Below, piece by piece: positions 48,306 to 60,904 of a stretch of DNA of 64,000 nucleotides. How positions within the stretch are numbered: position 1 is the first letter of the stretch; every line of letters begins with the position of its first letter. Below the pieces are notes generated by a model, which was not told the DNA's origin, made no database searches, and was given only the letters and a program-made list of their open reading frames with translations. The position numbers and the translations under genes were made by a program. Source of the stretch: Octopus vulgaris (taxonomy: Eukaryota); NCBI GenBank assembly GCA_951406725.2, contig OX597836.1, forward strand, positions 29,016,001-29,080,000, in the 5' to 3' direction.

Positions 48306-48753
48306 GCTATTACTTTAAAATTTCTTGATCCTTTCTCACTTTTTATTCGTTTATAAGTTTTCGCTTTCGTAAATTTCTGAATGATTTAGCATAAACAACA
48401 ATAACGACAACAACAAGAAATAACATGTGGTGGGGGTTTCTGAACAAAGAAGGAACGGGTTCAATTTTGGAAGCTGTTCAGAAATTTCTCGGTCATTTTG
48501 TCTCATTCTGTCGACTTTGTGCAACGGAATACAACCATACAGCAACAACAACAACATGAAGATCTGTGTCGTTTTTTTTTTAATAAACAGACCCAAATAG
48601 GATTGTGCCATTTGTGGCCTTAATATAATAGGTTTATATAAACATAGGGTGTGTATGTGTGTGTGGTTGTGTGAGTGTGTGTCTGCATATAAAAATGACA
48701 ATGAAATATACAATTTCCTTCACGGCTATATAATAGGAGTTATAAGTTTACTT

Positions 48754-48787
<34 letters not shown>

Positions 48788-51370
48788 GTATACATATATT
48801 GTAATAATAATAATAATAAAATATGGTACAGGTGGATGACAAAGGAACATATGGAAAACAGAGAAACATGCAATGGACTCTCTCACCCCTCATCAGTTAT
48901 TGACTAAATTTCATCACAATTTCAACACCTTATATATATATATATGTATACACAGACAGTCAAAGGCATACATACATGCATACATGCACATATATAAATA
49001 TACTTATATACACACATACTTAAATTTAAAAAGACAAGAGTAATGTACTCAATACCAAAGTAAGAGTATAAGTATTTATGATAGAACTGCAATTACTCTC
49101 TGTTTCTATTCTGAGTTTTGTGATTATTTGCTGATCATGTAACGACTCTTGCAACCCCTTTTATCAATTCCAGGCAAAGCTGACCATGGCAGGATTTGAA
49201 CTCAGAACATAACAGGCCAAAACTAAACTCTAGAAAGTATTGAAAGTATTTAGTCCACTGTCCTACCAATTTTTTCAAAGACAACTAAGTCAATCAAGTA
49301 ATTGGTTGACAGTTTATAAACAGTTGATGTTTAATGGCTATAATTTCCTGGCTGTAAATATTGCTTACTATTGTAAACAGTGGCAGCATAGTAAATTTGA
49401 TGGATGTTTACTTTAGCAGTCAGTAATGTGTCTTATTTGTTGTCAATTTAACCTGCAGCTTACATTCCCATTTAGCATGTAGTCTACCTGGCCATCAAAC
49501 ACACAGTCTAAACCTAACCCTAATCTTTAACTCTTAATCCTAACCCAGATGAGAAATTTCACAGTGTAGACTACAGATACTGCAGTAGACTGCACACCCA
49601 AGTAACACCACTTATTTTTTCTATGCTGCAGGAGGCTACATAGTAAGGCTATTCTACTTCATTGAACACTGGCTGTTACAGAACCTACTATCAACAACAC
49701 ATGAGAGTTTAAAGTATTTAACTCTTTAGCATTTATACCAGCCATATCTAGCCCAAATATTCTGTTTTATGCTCCAATCAGCCAGGTCCCATCTCTCACA
49801 CCTGCCCTACAATGTCATTCTAAAAATATACAATCATATCATCAAAATCTCGAAGCTACCAGATAAAGACTCCCTTCAGTCATGAATGCTCATGGGATTG
49901 ATCCTAAAAAGTTACCTTCTGAGACACAAGTCTGGGCAAGGTTGTTTATGGAAGACAGCAGTTGCCCATTCATACCAACCTCCCCTCTCCATGTCAGTGA
50001 TGTTGTCCAAGGGAAAGGCAAAGACCAATACAGCTTGGCACCAGTGATGTCGCAACTTATTTCTACAACTGAGTGAATGTGGAATAATGTGCCTTGCTCA
50101 AGAACCCAACACACAGCCAGCCCAGTCCAGGAACCAAACTCACTACCTTATGATTGTGAGCCCTTATCACTAAATACTAAGCTATGCATCTACAAGATAA
50201 TACATGATTAACTGAAAACAATGTGAATAAATAAGCAATACCTTTGACAGAGTAATCTGAATGCTAAAGGGTTAATATCGGCACAGTCGAAAAGGGTTGG
50301 TTAGCAGAAATAAAGATTAGGGCACTCTACAGTGTATCTGCCTCTTTTAGCTTTTTATACAGTAGCTAAACCATCCACTGCTTCTGAACAATGTCTACCA
50401 TGGGGTAAGACGCTAACGAGGCTCTGATTAGTTAATGGTAAACAGTTGGAGTCTATAAGCTTGATAACAAATCCACAACCCACAGAGGTTTTTGGATGCA
50501 AGTAATTTTGTTTATAAAATCAAAGGTACGATAGCCAGTGAGAACAATTAAATAGGAGAACAGCTAGAATCTGTGGAAAATGGTAAGGAGTCGGGGAAGA
50601 TAGGAAAGTGGATAGAATATGTCTGGGTGTTTAGGAGACGTGTTTCTTAATATTTCTCAACTTGTCCTATGATGCTATCTCATTGTCAAGATATGATGCA
50701 AAACTGAGTAGCAACAGAGTGAATCAGTAACTGTCTTCTGATGACTATAAATTTCATGTCATGTATTGAGTACTTTTTTTTACAACCAAAATCTATGTGT
50801 TTGAGTGTATATATAAATATATACACAACACAAACATAGATAGATAGATAGATAGATAGATAGACAGACAGATAGATAGACCGATAGATAGATAGACAGA
50901 CAGATATTTAGACAAACAGATGGGCATAGAAGCAGATAGGAAGTTAAGTAAGTAGATAGATATAAAAGAAAATAGGCAATGGCCTTTGAGAAAAACCAAA
51001 CCAATGTTACTTCTGGATTAAGGAGTATACCAGAGCCATGTGTACATACACCCACACCCACACACACACACACACACACACATGCATTCATTCATTGACT
51101 GTTATTACCTACTGGGAGTTTACATCATCCATGGATTCATCACAGGAGTGATTTTGGTATCACCTGGTAATTCAATTAAACAGCCAACGGCTCGTACGTC
51201 TTTGACATACATAAATTATGTACACACAAACGCATATATACAGACATATGCATACATACATACGCTTTTGAAGGGAGTATTTATTTTGTCAGTCTTATTA
51301 GAAACAAAGGGCAAAGTTGTCTTTGGTGTCAAAGAACAATAACTGAGTCAGACACATGCACATATGGCTC

Positions 51371-51427
<57 letters not shown>

Positions 51428-53646
51428 GCACTTGCAATGCCTGCAGGAAATATAAAAAGTCAGCATTTCAGCCTGTATGCTGTCTTGAGTCCTTACTAAT
51501 CGTAATGAAAGGAAGACATGAGATGGAAGGATAAGGAATGTAATACAAGCAAATACTATATCTCAGAGTATGGCAAGATGACAATGTTAATAATAATAAT
51601 TTCTACTAAAGGCACAAGGCCTGAAATTTGGGGTGAGGGGACTAGCTGCTTACCTATTTCTTTACTACCCACAAGGGGATAAACACAGGGGACAAACAAG
51701 GACAGACAAATGGATTAAGTCGATTATATCAACCCCAGTGCGTAACTGGTACCTAATGTATCGACCCCAAAAGGATGAAAGGTAAAGTCAACCTCGGCGG
51801 AATTTGAACTCAGAACGTAGTGACAGACGAAATACTGCTAAGCATTTCGCCCAGCGTGCTAACGTTTCTGTCAGCTCGCCGCCTTAGTTGCTTACATCGA
51901 CCCCAGTGTTTCACTGGTATTTAATTTATCAACCTTAAAACGATGAAAGGCAAAGTCGACCTTGGCACAATTTGAACTCAGAATGTAAAGATAGACAAAA
52001 TGCCAGCAAGCATTTTGTCTGGCGTAGTATCAGTAATAACAATAGTTTCTAGTATTGGTGCATTTTAGAAGGTGGGGGAGGTTTTAGTTGATTAAGCATT
52101 GATACAGCCCCACCCCAATACTTGACAGCTATTTCATTTTATTAATTCTGAGAAGGATCAATGACAAAGTTCACCTTGGTGGAATTTGAACTCAAAACAC
52201 AAAATGTCAAAACTGCTGTAATGATTATGAACAGTTAACACAGGTTTTTTCTGAGTGAGATTATTAATAGCCCCTGGTTGCTTAGAGATTGGAAAAGGTG
52301 ACTTGGAAGGCTTCCATGACAGTGGGAAAATGATTGAGTTAAGCAATTTGGGTGAAGATGGAAAAGAATGGCACAATCAAGACAGAATCAGAAGGGCATA
52401 GTGATCAGCGGTGTCTAACAGCATCAAATGATCTGGTTGCTATTGTGATTTCTGATTAGACCAGAGACTGCTTAAGATAAAAGTTAAGCATAATGGGATG
52501 TTGAGATATTCATGTCTCTCCCAAGGGCATGACTGGAGGGAAGTAAGTCAAAAATAATTCAAACTGTATCACAGAATTACATAAACTGCTTTTTCGTTGC
52601 TCAGCATTGTATCATTTAATATTGCTTTTTGATATTTTTTTTTAATCAGACACAAGTTCATTATAATTTTTGGCAAGAGGGAAATGGCTGATGTGATATA
52701 GGTTTTAATGAGCATTACTGAGACATAGCTTCAATTGGGGATCAAAGCTTCAATGTGATATCAGCTTGCTTACTATTGACATATCTATCTACATTCCTAC
52801 CTACCTATTTATCGAGCTGTCTATTTTGTTGGGTGACTTGTCTGGACTAATGCAACTCTTTCACACCAGACAACCCAGTTTTCCATAACTGTCTTCATAT
52901 CTTCACCCTGACAACCAATGCATTTCACAAATTGATTGAAATATGCTCTTCTTGGTCTGCCGATACCTGTATGTCCATGAATGGGTTTCCAGAGAAGGAG
53001 ATCACCAAATATTTCATCCTTGCTTCTCCAGCAGTGTCCTGTATCATGCGTTCTCTTCTCCGATAACTGAAGCGAAGGTAGGAAGACTGCCATACAGTTT
53101 CTGCTTTGTAGGATGTTAGCTTGCAATGAATCCCCATCATCTTTTTCTGTATCCTGCACCAAAACACTGGGCTTAATCCTTTTCCTCAGAACCTTGGCTC
53201 TCTGTATTTCATTCTCATAATGCCAATATTTTTTCCTACAGCTACAAATTTATAATTACTCAAGAGGCTCCCTGGCTGTTGAACGCAATAGCACAGCCCC
53301 TTTCCTAACCAGTGCTTAATCCTTGGGAATTGGGTGTTGCAATAGCACAGCCCCTTCCTCTGACCAAATTAATAACAAAAATAAATAAATGAATAAAATT
53401 GCTGCAGTCTTTTGTCACCTCATTCATGAAGTTCCGTGTCATGAGATGATCAGACCTTATCACTTATCCTCCCTCCCACAAAAACTAAAATCCCTAGAAA
53501 TCAAATACATCAATATCTTCAAAAGTCTAGAATTAACTACAGAAGATACAGGTACTGCCCCTCTTTCCTAACTAGTGATTAAATCCTTGGGAATTGGGTG
53601 TTGCACTCATGATCTCAAGATTGTGGTTTCCAGGACTGGGTGATGT

Positions 53647-53880
53647 TCATTTCATTTCATTTCATTTGAGTTTGAGTCCATGCTCAGGCCAAGTCGAAGA
53701 CTCCACCCTCAGAGTCTGGTGTGGTTGCCAGGTTGTATTCTCTGTTTAATTTTGACATGTGTAGGAGCGAGTTTGAGTCAGTTTGTGCTCGTTGTGTATA
53801 TCCTGGGAGATGGGGTTCATCTCTAATGGTGCTTAAGTATCTATCCAGCTGCAATTTGAATGATTCCACACTGCATCCTG
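53647..53880 (-). mobile_element. Short LINE 3' fragment inserted in a SINE
   Basis: Minus-strand peptide SVESFKLQLDRYLSTIRDEPHLPGY...SNSLLHM resembles CR1/L2-group ORF2 ends. (AATGA)n tail and flanking TGATGT repeat. Confidence 0.6.
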
Positions 53881-54799
53881 ATGTGTTGTGTTCTTGAGCC
53901 AAACATTCCTTAACATTGGTCCAGTATACTCAGCTGGCAAAAATGAGCAATCCTGCATCCAAAGGTGAAATATATTTCCCACAGAATCCTGGAAACTGGT
54001 CTTATGAACCTATGACACAGGAAGGCCCTTTGATCCTCTTTTTTAATGTGTACTGATCCAACCTGACAAGCTGCCTAGTTTAAGAACACCACCTAGTCCC
54101 TGAATGGATTTAGCTAGCAGAGATCATTAACTTGTAAATTAGTCATGGGAAACTTGTGGTCCATGGGACATTCGGAATGGCACACCAAACAGAAAATTAC
54201 TTTGAACTTTTTAATAGTGTGACCCATGTGATAATGAGCCATGTCTCATGTGGCCCTCTTCACAAAAAAGGGTCCCCTGTTCCTGTTGTAAATTCAGACA
54301 ACCTATCTCTTAATATTTTTTTTTATTTCCTGAGGACACTAAACCTGGTGGGTTTGCAAAGGTCAATAAAACTGTGCCCTTCACCCCGGAATAAGGCAGA
54401 TAAAAAAGGAACATAGCAAGGGATCAAACATAGAAGGGGACATGGGGATTTCTTTGAATTTGTTAACTGGACAGGAGAGTATATAATAGCAAAGTGAATA
54501 ACATCAACCAGTCAACAAGGTTTTAAGTGAAATCTTAAAAACTCCAGGTTCAAATCTGAGACACTACTGGTCAAAAACTCTCAAAGGACAAATAAATAGG
54601 ACTTTGACTATCCTGCTAGCGTGTGTGTTATTCTACAACAATATACACGTGCATGTGTATATATGTATATATACACATACACGTATATATATTATATATT
54701 TACAACACAAACTGACCCCTGAAGTCCCTTTAGCATTATTTAAACAATATAGAATTTTTTTATTTCCTTACAATTTTTAGAACTATCATTACCATTTTG

Positions 54800-54844
<45 letters not shown>

Positions 54845-55993
54845 AGCAAAAGAGATTAATAAATCCAGGTGGATATCTAGAAAGCTCCCAGCAGTGGTGG
54901 CTCAGAGATAAAATTAGTGGGGGTGCTGCTCTTCAGAAAATTTGTAGCCGTTGTTTTAATATTGTGTAAAAGGAAACAAACGTATAAAAAGGAAATTTAT
55001 ACATAAACTTGATCAGTTTGCATTTTAGCCACTGTCAGATAGTGTGTTTAATTTGTTCACTAAATTCCCTCCTTGTTCTTTTAAAAAATCCGCCCCCTAA
55101 ATCACAAAATAAGGTGGGAGAATCTGCCTTATTTTTCAAATTCTGGCAGCGACACTGAAGCTGGAAGCAGGATAATAATCTAATTCTATACTTTATCACA
55201 TTCAAGAATATAAACACATTTTTAAGCACAACACACGCAGAGTCAAAACGAAACACTACCTTTCACCAGCACTGCATGAACCATGACGCTCTCTCTCCCT
55301 AGCGTGAAGCTTCCTATCTCGGACATGTAAGCATGCACATAACAGCCAAACACCACGTCACTGGAACTGTGAAGTGCACAGTTTCATACAAGGACTTTGG
55401 GATTCTTTTCATAAACTAAGGGATGGCTACTGACATTGAGCTTAAGGATTATATAATGTACGAGAATAAAGAAAGAATTAAAGATAAAAGGACTCATTAT
55501 ATTGAATGTTATCTATAATATCGCGTAGAAATAAAGGGGTGTTGCAGTTCCACATTCCCTATACACGAGCCACCACTGGCTCTCAGTGTTAACCAAATTT
55601 GGTAAACTATATTAAACAATCAGATACCAATAAATTCAAGTAGAATTAACATATATTTTTGGATATATTAATCTGACTGGCATTTTATACCTTCTGTTCT
55701 GTATTTAAATCTGTTGGCACAAGAGAAACAATCATAGGTAAGTATGGTGCAACCGTTAATTAAAGATGTGATTGCTTGCATTCTTGTTATTCATTCATTC
55801 ATTTAGTCATACATACATACATACATACATATATATATACATACAGTAACTAAGAGCACCTGTGTTTGAAAAGGTTAATCGAAAGTACTCACACAATAGG
55901 AAAATAATCTTCTTCCAAAACAGGTTAGTAACATCCTGATAAAAGACTTCATAACTTAATAAAAAAATCCCCTTTATACTTAAAAACTATATA

Positions 55994-56287
55994 TCTTTAT
56001 ATATAAAAGTCAAGTTGTGTGTCTGTCTCCTACGATTTAGATTCCTAACTACTCCCACATTTTGCAGTGCAGTTTAACCAAAACCGGGTATTTTATAGTC
56101 GTGATTCATATCGAGCCCTTCTGGGTATTAGTGCGCATCTACAATGAGTCTACGATTTAAAAAAAAATTTATCATCATTTTTCCCCATTTTTAATGCATT
56201 TTTTACTATTTTTTGGCTATAACTCTCTAAAAATGCTTTATAGTTATTTCCCTTACAAACCCGAGCAACACCAGGCGATACTGCTAG
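55994..56287 (+). mobile_element. Non-autonomous Helitron-like element
   Basis: A|TCTTTATATATAAA start and CTAG|T end preceded by a degenerate CCCGAGCAACACCAGG hairpin. Same architecture as 495-851. Confidence 0.62.
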
Positions 56288-57123
56288 TATAAATATATAT
56301 GGTGAACGAAGGCTTTGTAAAGGGGTGGGTGGGATAAAGAAAGGGAGAAAGAAGGCATTAACCCTTTAGCATTTAAACAGACCACATCTGGATAAAATAT
56401 TCTACCTGTTTTATGTTCAAACTGGCCAGATCTAGCCTCTCACACTTACCATGAAATGTCATTCTAAAAATATGCAATCACATGATCTGAATCCCAAAGC
56501 TATGAGATAAATACATGGTTAATTCAAAACAATCAATAAATAAGCATTACATTTGACAGGATAATGTGAATACTAAAAGGTTAAAGCAGCTGAACTGATT
56601 ATGGTCATTAACCATCTTACATTAGTACTACAAGCAGACTTGAACCATCTGCATGTGTGTGTCCAAAACATATATTCAGTTAAACTTCCCTGAAATCACA
56701 CACTACCATTAAAATAGACGTCCCACCTAAAAAAAAATCCATGACAAGTTAAATAATGTAATTCTAATAATACTATTTGAACAAAAAAAAAAAAGACATA
56801 GTAATGATAGATGTAATAGCTTTGATCATTGGTCTGTTAAATGAGGACCAAGTAGGTTCTATATGACGACATCTGTCCTTGAGCAATTAAATCTGTCCCC
56901 GTCCAAAACGTCGAAAATTTAGCTCCCTTTATGATACACATTGGTCTAACTGATTGATGCCCTACACTCTACAGGTTTGGCTGAAGCAAGGCTTGACTAT
57001 TAGCAACACCAACAACTAGCCTTGTTTCTAAATAAAAGACAACAACAACAACAAAAACTGACTTCATTTTTACATTAGAAACACACACACACACACATGT
57101 ATGTGCGCATACATATATATGTA

Positions 57124-57164
<41 letters not shown>

Positions 57165-57470
57165 GGCTTTATGTAAAGTAGCAATAGTAAAGCATTGTTA
57201 TTTGTAGGTGTTGAACACATCAAGTGTCATGATTTGATGTTTGTATGTTTATAGGTTTGTTTTTGTTTTGATAATTTCAAAAGGAATTGATTGGTCTTTA
57301 GTCTTTGGTATGGAGTTCTTCTCAACCAGCACTTACAAAAATTCCAAAGATATATATACATACATACACATACATACGTATATATATATGTATATATATA
57401 CATATGTACACACACATGTATGTATATATATATACACACTCACATATATATATATATATATATATACACA

Positions 57471-57509
<39 letters not shown>

Positions 57510-57879
57510 GTACACACACATGTATATATATATATACATGCATATGAGCATTTACATATTATATATATGCACACACACACACACACATTCATTTATTTAT
57601 TCAAAGCTGAAAACTTCCTCCAAGTTTTACATTTCCAATCTTTACAGTGATTGAGGTTCAAATATCAGGTCAGTCCCAAGTTCTTCATTCATTCAGATCA
57701 TGTGGTATGTAATTTTTAATATCTGCTGTTGAAGGATAATCAGCATATAAGAATTGTTCCTGTCAGTGATGAGGACGGGCAGTTTGTGGTTGATTAATAC
57801 AACAGTTTGGTATGGATTTCTATTATACATGATGGCAATGTAGTACTTGCTATTCCAAGTTTTATTGCATGTAGGATGT

Positions 57880-58490
57880 TATTCTGTTTTAAAAAGTGTT
57901 TATTTTCATACCTGCATTTTGACACTAGCTCTTACTTTCTGCTCAGCATATCAAATTTTGCAAAAGATGATATCTATTTTTTATCTGTTGAGACAAGAGG
58001 CTTAGTCTGGTGACAGGTCAGGATAAATAACAATGTTGATGAATTGCTTTTCCTTGAGCTTCCAGATATTTTGAATAACAAGACAGAATTTATTTCTACA
58101 TCTCAAGGAAACCATTGAGCATGTTTGCCCTTGAAACTATTTTCATTAATACAGTGTACTTTTTTGTTAGCATTCTCTGAGGATTTTTTTCACTTGACAC
58201 ATTAAAATCTTTGTTAGTTCTTACCATTGGGTGAACAAGATACTGTATTGGTGCAGTTGTATTCAAGTGGGTGAGGTTTGATCCCTTACATATTTGACTG
58301 TTTCCTTCTCTCTAGCTAAGAAGTTAAAATATTTTCAGAGAAACTATAATTAAATTTTACACTGAATTTGTTGAACAACTTATGGTATGTGTGGTTGATA
58401 GGGAAATGTTTGTTTTACAATGTCTGTAACCTTTTAATTATTTTTCATGATACAATCATACAAAATATGGAACTACCTTATTTTTATTTT
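57880..58490 (-). mobile_element. Decayed Penelope-like retroelement fragment (linker/GIY-YIG C-terminal region)
   Basis: Minus-strand peptides KHFPINHTYHKLFNKFSVKFNYSFSENI and ELVSKCRYENKHFL resemble Penelope-like ORF motifs (KHFP..H.LHKIFN...VK.SYS and ELVSKCRH.NKF). Frameshifted. Confidence 0.62.
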
Positions 58491-59085
58491 TCTGCCTTTG
58501 TTAGTCTCTTTTACTCTTTTACTTGTTTCAGTCATTTGACTGCGGCCATGCTGGAGCACCACCTTTAGGTCTGTGAATTATGATTTTCTATGTACTATTA
58601 TTCTTCTTTAATTCCACTCTATTTTAGCACATCATTATAGTAATGAGTAGCATGACTGAATGGTTCTTTGTCAGAAGATATATTTGATCTTTCTGCTTAT
58701 GTTGTTGACTAGGTTTTTTAATGATTGTAAAGGATGACTTGAAGCTTTGTAGTAAGATGTTTGCTTCACAACTATGTGGTTCTGGGTTCAGTCACATTGC
58801 ATGACACCTTGGGTGAGTGTCTTCTACTACAGCACCAAGCTGATCAAAGTCTTGTGAGTGGATTTGGTAGACGAACTGAAAGAAGCCTATCATATACTCT
58901 TTACTCTTTTACTTGTTTCAGTCATTTGACTGTGGCTATGCTGGAGGACCACCTTTAGTCGAGCAAATCAACCCCAAGACTTATTCTTTGTAAGCCTAGT
59001 ACTTATATCGGTCTCTTTTGCCGAACTGCTGGTGTAAACACACCAGCATTGGTTGTCAAGCAATGTTGGGGGGACAAACACACAC

Positions 59086-59116
<31 letters not shown>

Positions 59117-59279
59117 CGATGGGCTTCTTTCAGTTTCTGTCTACCTAATCCACTCACAAGGCTTTGGTTGGCCTGAGGCTATAGTAGAAGACACTTGCCC
59201 AAGGTGCCACGCAATGGGACTGAACCCGGAACCATGTGGTTGGTAAGCAAGCTGCTTACCACACAGCCACCATACATAC

Positions 59280-59332
<53 letters not shown>

Positions 59333-60471
59333 GTGTGTGTGTTAATGTCTCCTTACCATGACATCACATGGTAGTTGTAAACTTGACATATCTCAACAAA
59401 AGACACATTGGCGTATAAAATTGCTTACTGCAGTTTAAGGGTAATGAAATTTTGAGAGAATATATCTGATTTTCACAGTCAATGGATTCAACAACAGTCT
59501 CAAACTGTCTTCGAGGATCGATAAGTATCAATCTAAAATTTAGGGTGGGGGCGATTTGACCCTTTAATTGTGAAATTAAATTTCATGATTATTCTAAGTA
59601 TGATTCTCTTTCTCTTTTACTTGTTTCAGTCATTTGACTGCGGCCATGCTGGAGCACCGCCTTTAGTCGAGCAAATCGACCCCGGGACTTATTCTTTGTA
59701 AGCCCAGTACTTATTCTATCGGTCTCTTTTGCCGAACCGCTAAGTGACGGGGACGTAAACACACCAGCATCGGTTGTCAAGCAATGCTAGGGGGACAAAC
59801 ACAGACACACAAACACACATACATATATACATATATATATACATATATACGACAGGCTTCTTTCAGTTTCCGTCTACCAAATCCACTCACAAGGCATTGG
59901 TTGGCCCGGGGCTATAGCAGAAGACACTTGCCCAAGATGCCACGCAGTGGGACTGAACCCGGAACCATGTGGTTGGTTAGCAAGCTACTTACCACACAGC
60001 CACTCCTGCGCCTGATGTTAAATATCTACCAAAAAAATAGAATCGGTATATTCTGCGAATCATGTTAGCTCAATAAACTTGAGATGTCTCAACAAAAAAA
60101 TAGGTTCAAACATGACATTCCTCAACAAATAATAGATTTTTTATATAAAATTGCTTTCTGCAGTTAGGGATAACGAAATTTTAAGTGGATGTATTTGATT
60201 TCTATAACAAAAGAGTTAAAATGGTAGGTTGTTATGTGGTAGAAACACAGCCACTTCTCACACAAATGGGAGAGAATTCTAACTGTTGACTAGCCTCAAC
60301 AACAGCTGTTATAAATAACATACCACATCGTACCAAACCAGCTGATAAATTGTGGTTGAAAGAAAATCATTGAGACTATTTGAAACTTGATATTTGAAAA
60401 TCAGTTGCTGTGAAGAATAGAAATGAGAAACCTAAAATAGCATCAAAGCAAAGCCTCAATTTTGAATAAAC

Positions 60472-60475
60472 ACAT

Positions 60476-60520
<45 letters not shown>

Positions 60521-60664
60521 CATATATATATGATTGTATATGTATAAGTGTTTGTGTATGTATAAATATATATGTATTTGTATATATATATGTATACATA
60601 TATATATGTGTGTATATATATATGCATATAAATATATATATATATATGTGAATATATTATATGA

Positions 60665-60712
<48 letters not shown>

Positions 60713-60780
60713 TATGTGAATATATTATATATATGAATATATAATATATATATGAATATATATATATATGTGTGTGTGTG

Positions 60781-60824
<44 letters not shown>

Positions 60825-60845
60825 TATATTATATATATAAATATG
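60472..60845. repeat. Compound (TG)n/(TA)n microsatellite immediately downstream of the SNX29 stop; similar tracts at 6916-7081, 48250-48305, 50835-50900, 51374-51427, 57080-57590, 59283-59342
   Basis: Simple repeats seen directly. Confidence 0.92.
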
Positions 60846-60904
60846 GATGTATCTGCATCCATATATAATGTAAGTTGGTGTGCCAAAGCTGGAACAGTGT
60901 CGTC

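Noticed and set aside
49508-49550. CCCTAA-like telomeric hexamers
   Set aside because: Only a few degenerate units, likely internal to a repeat element.
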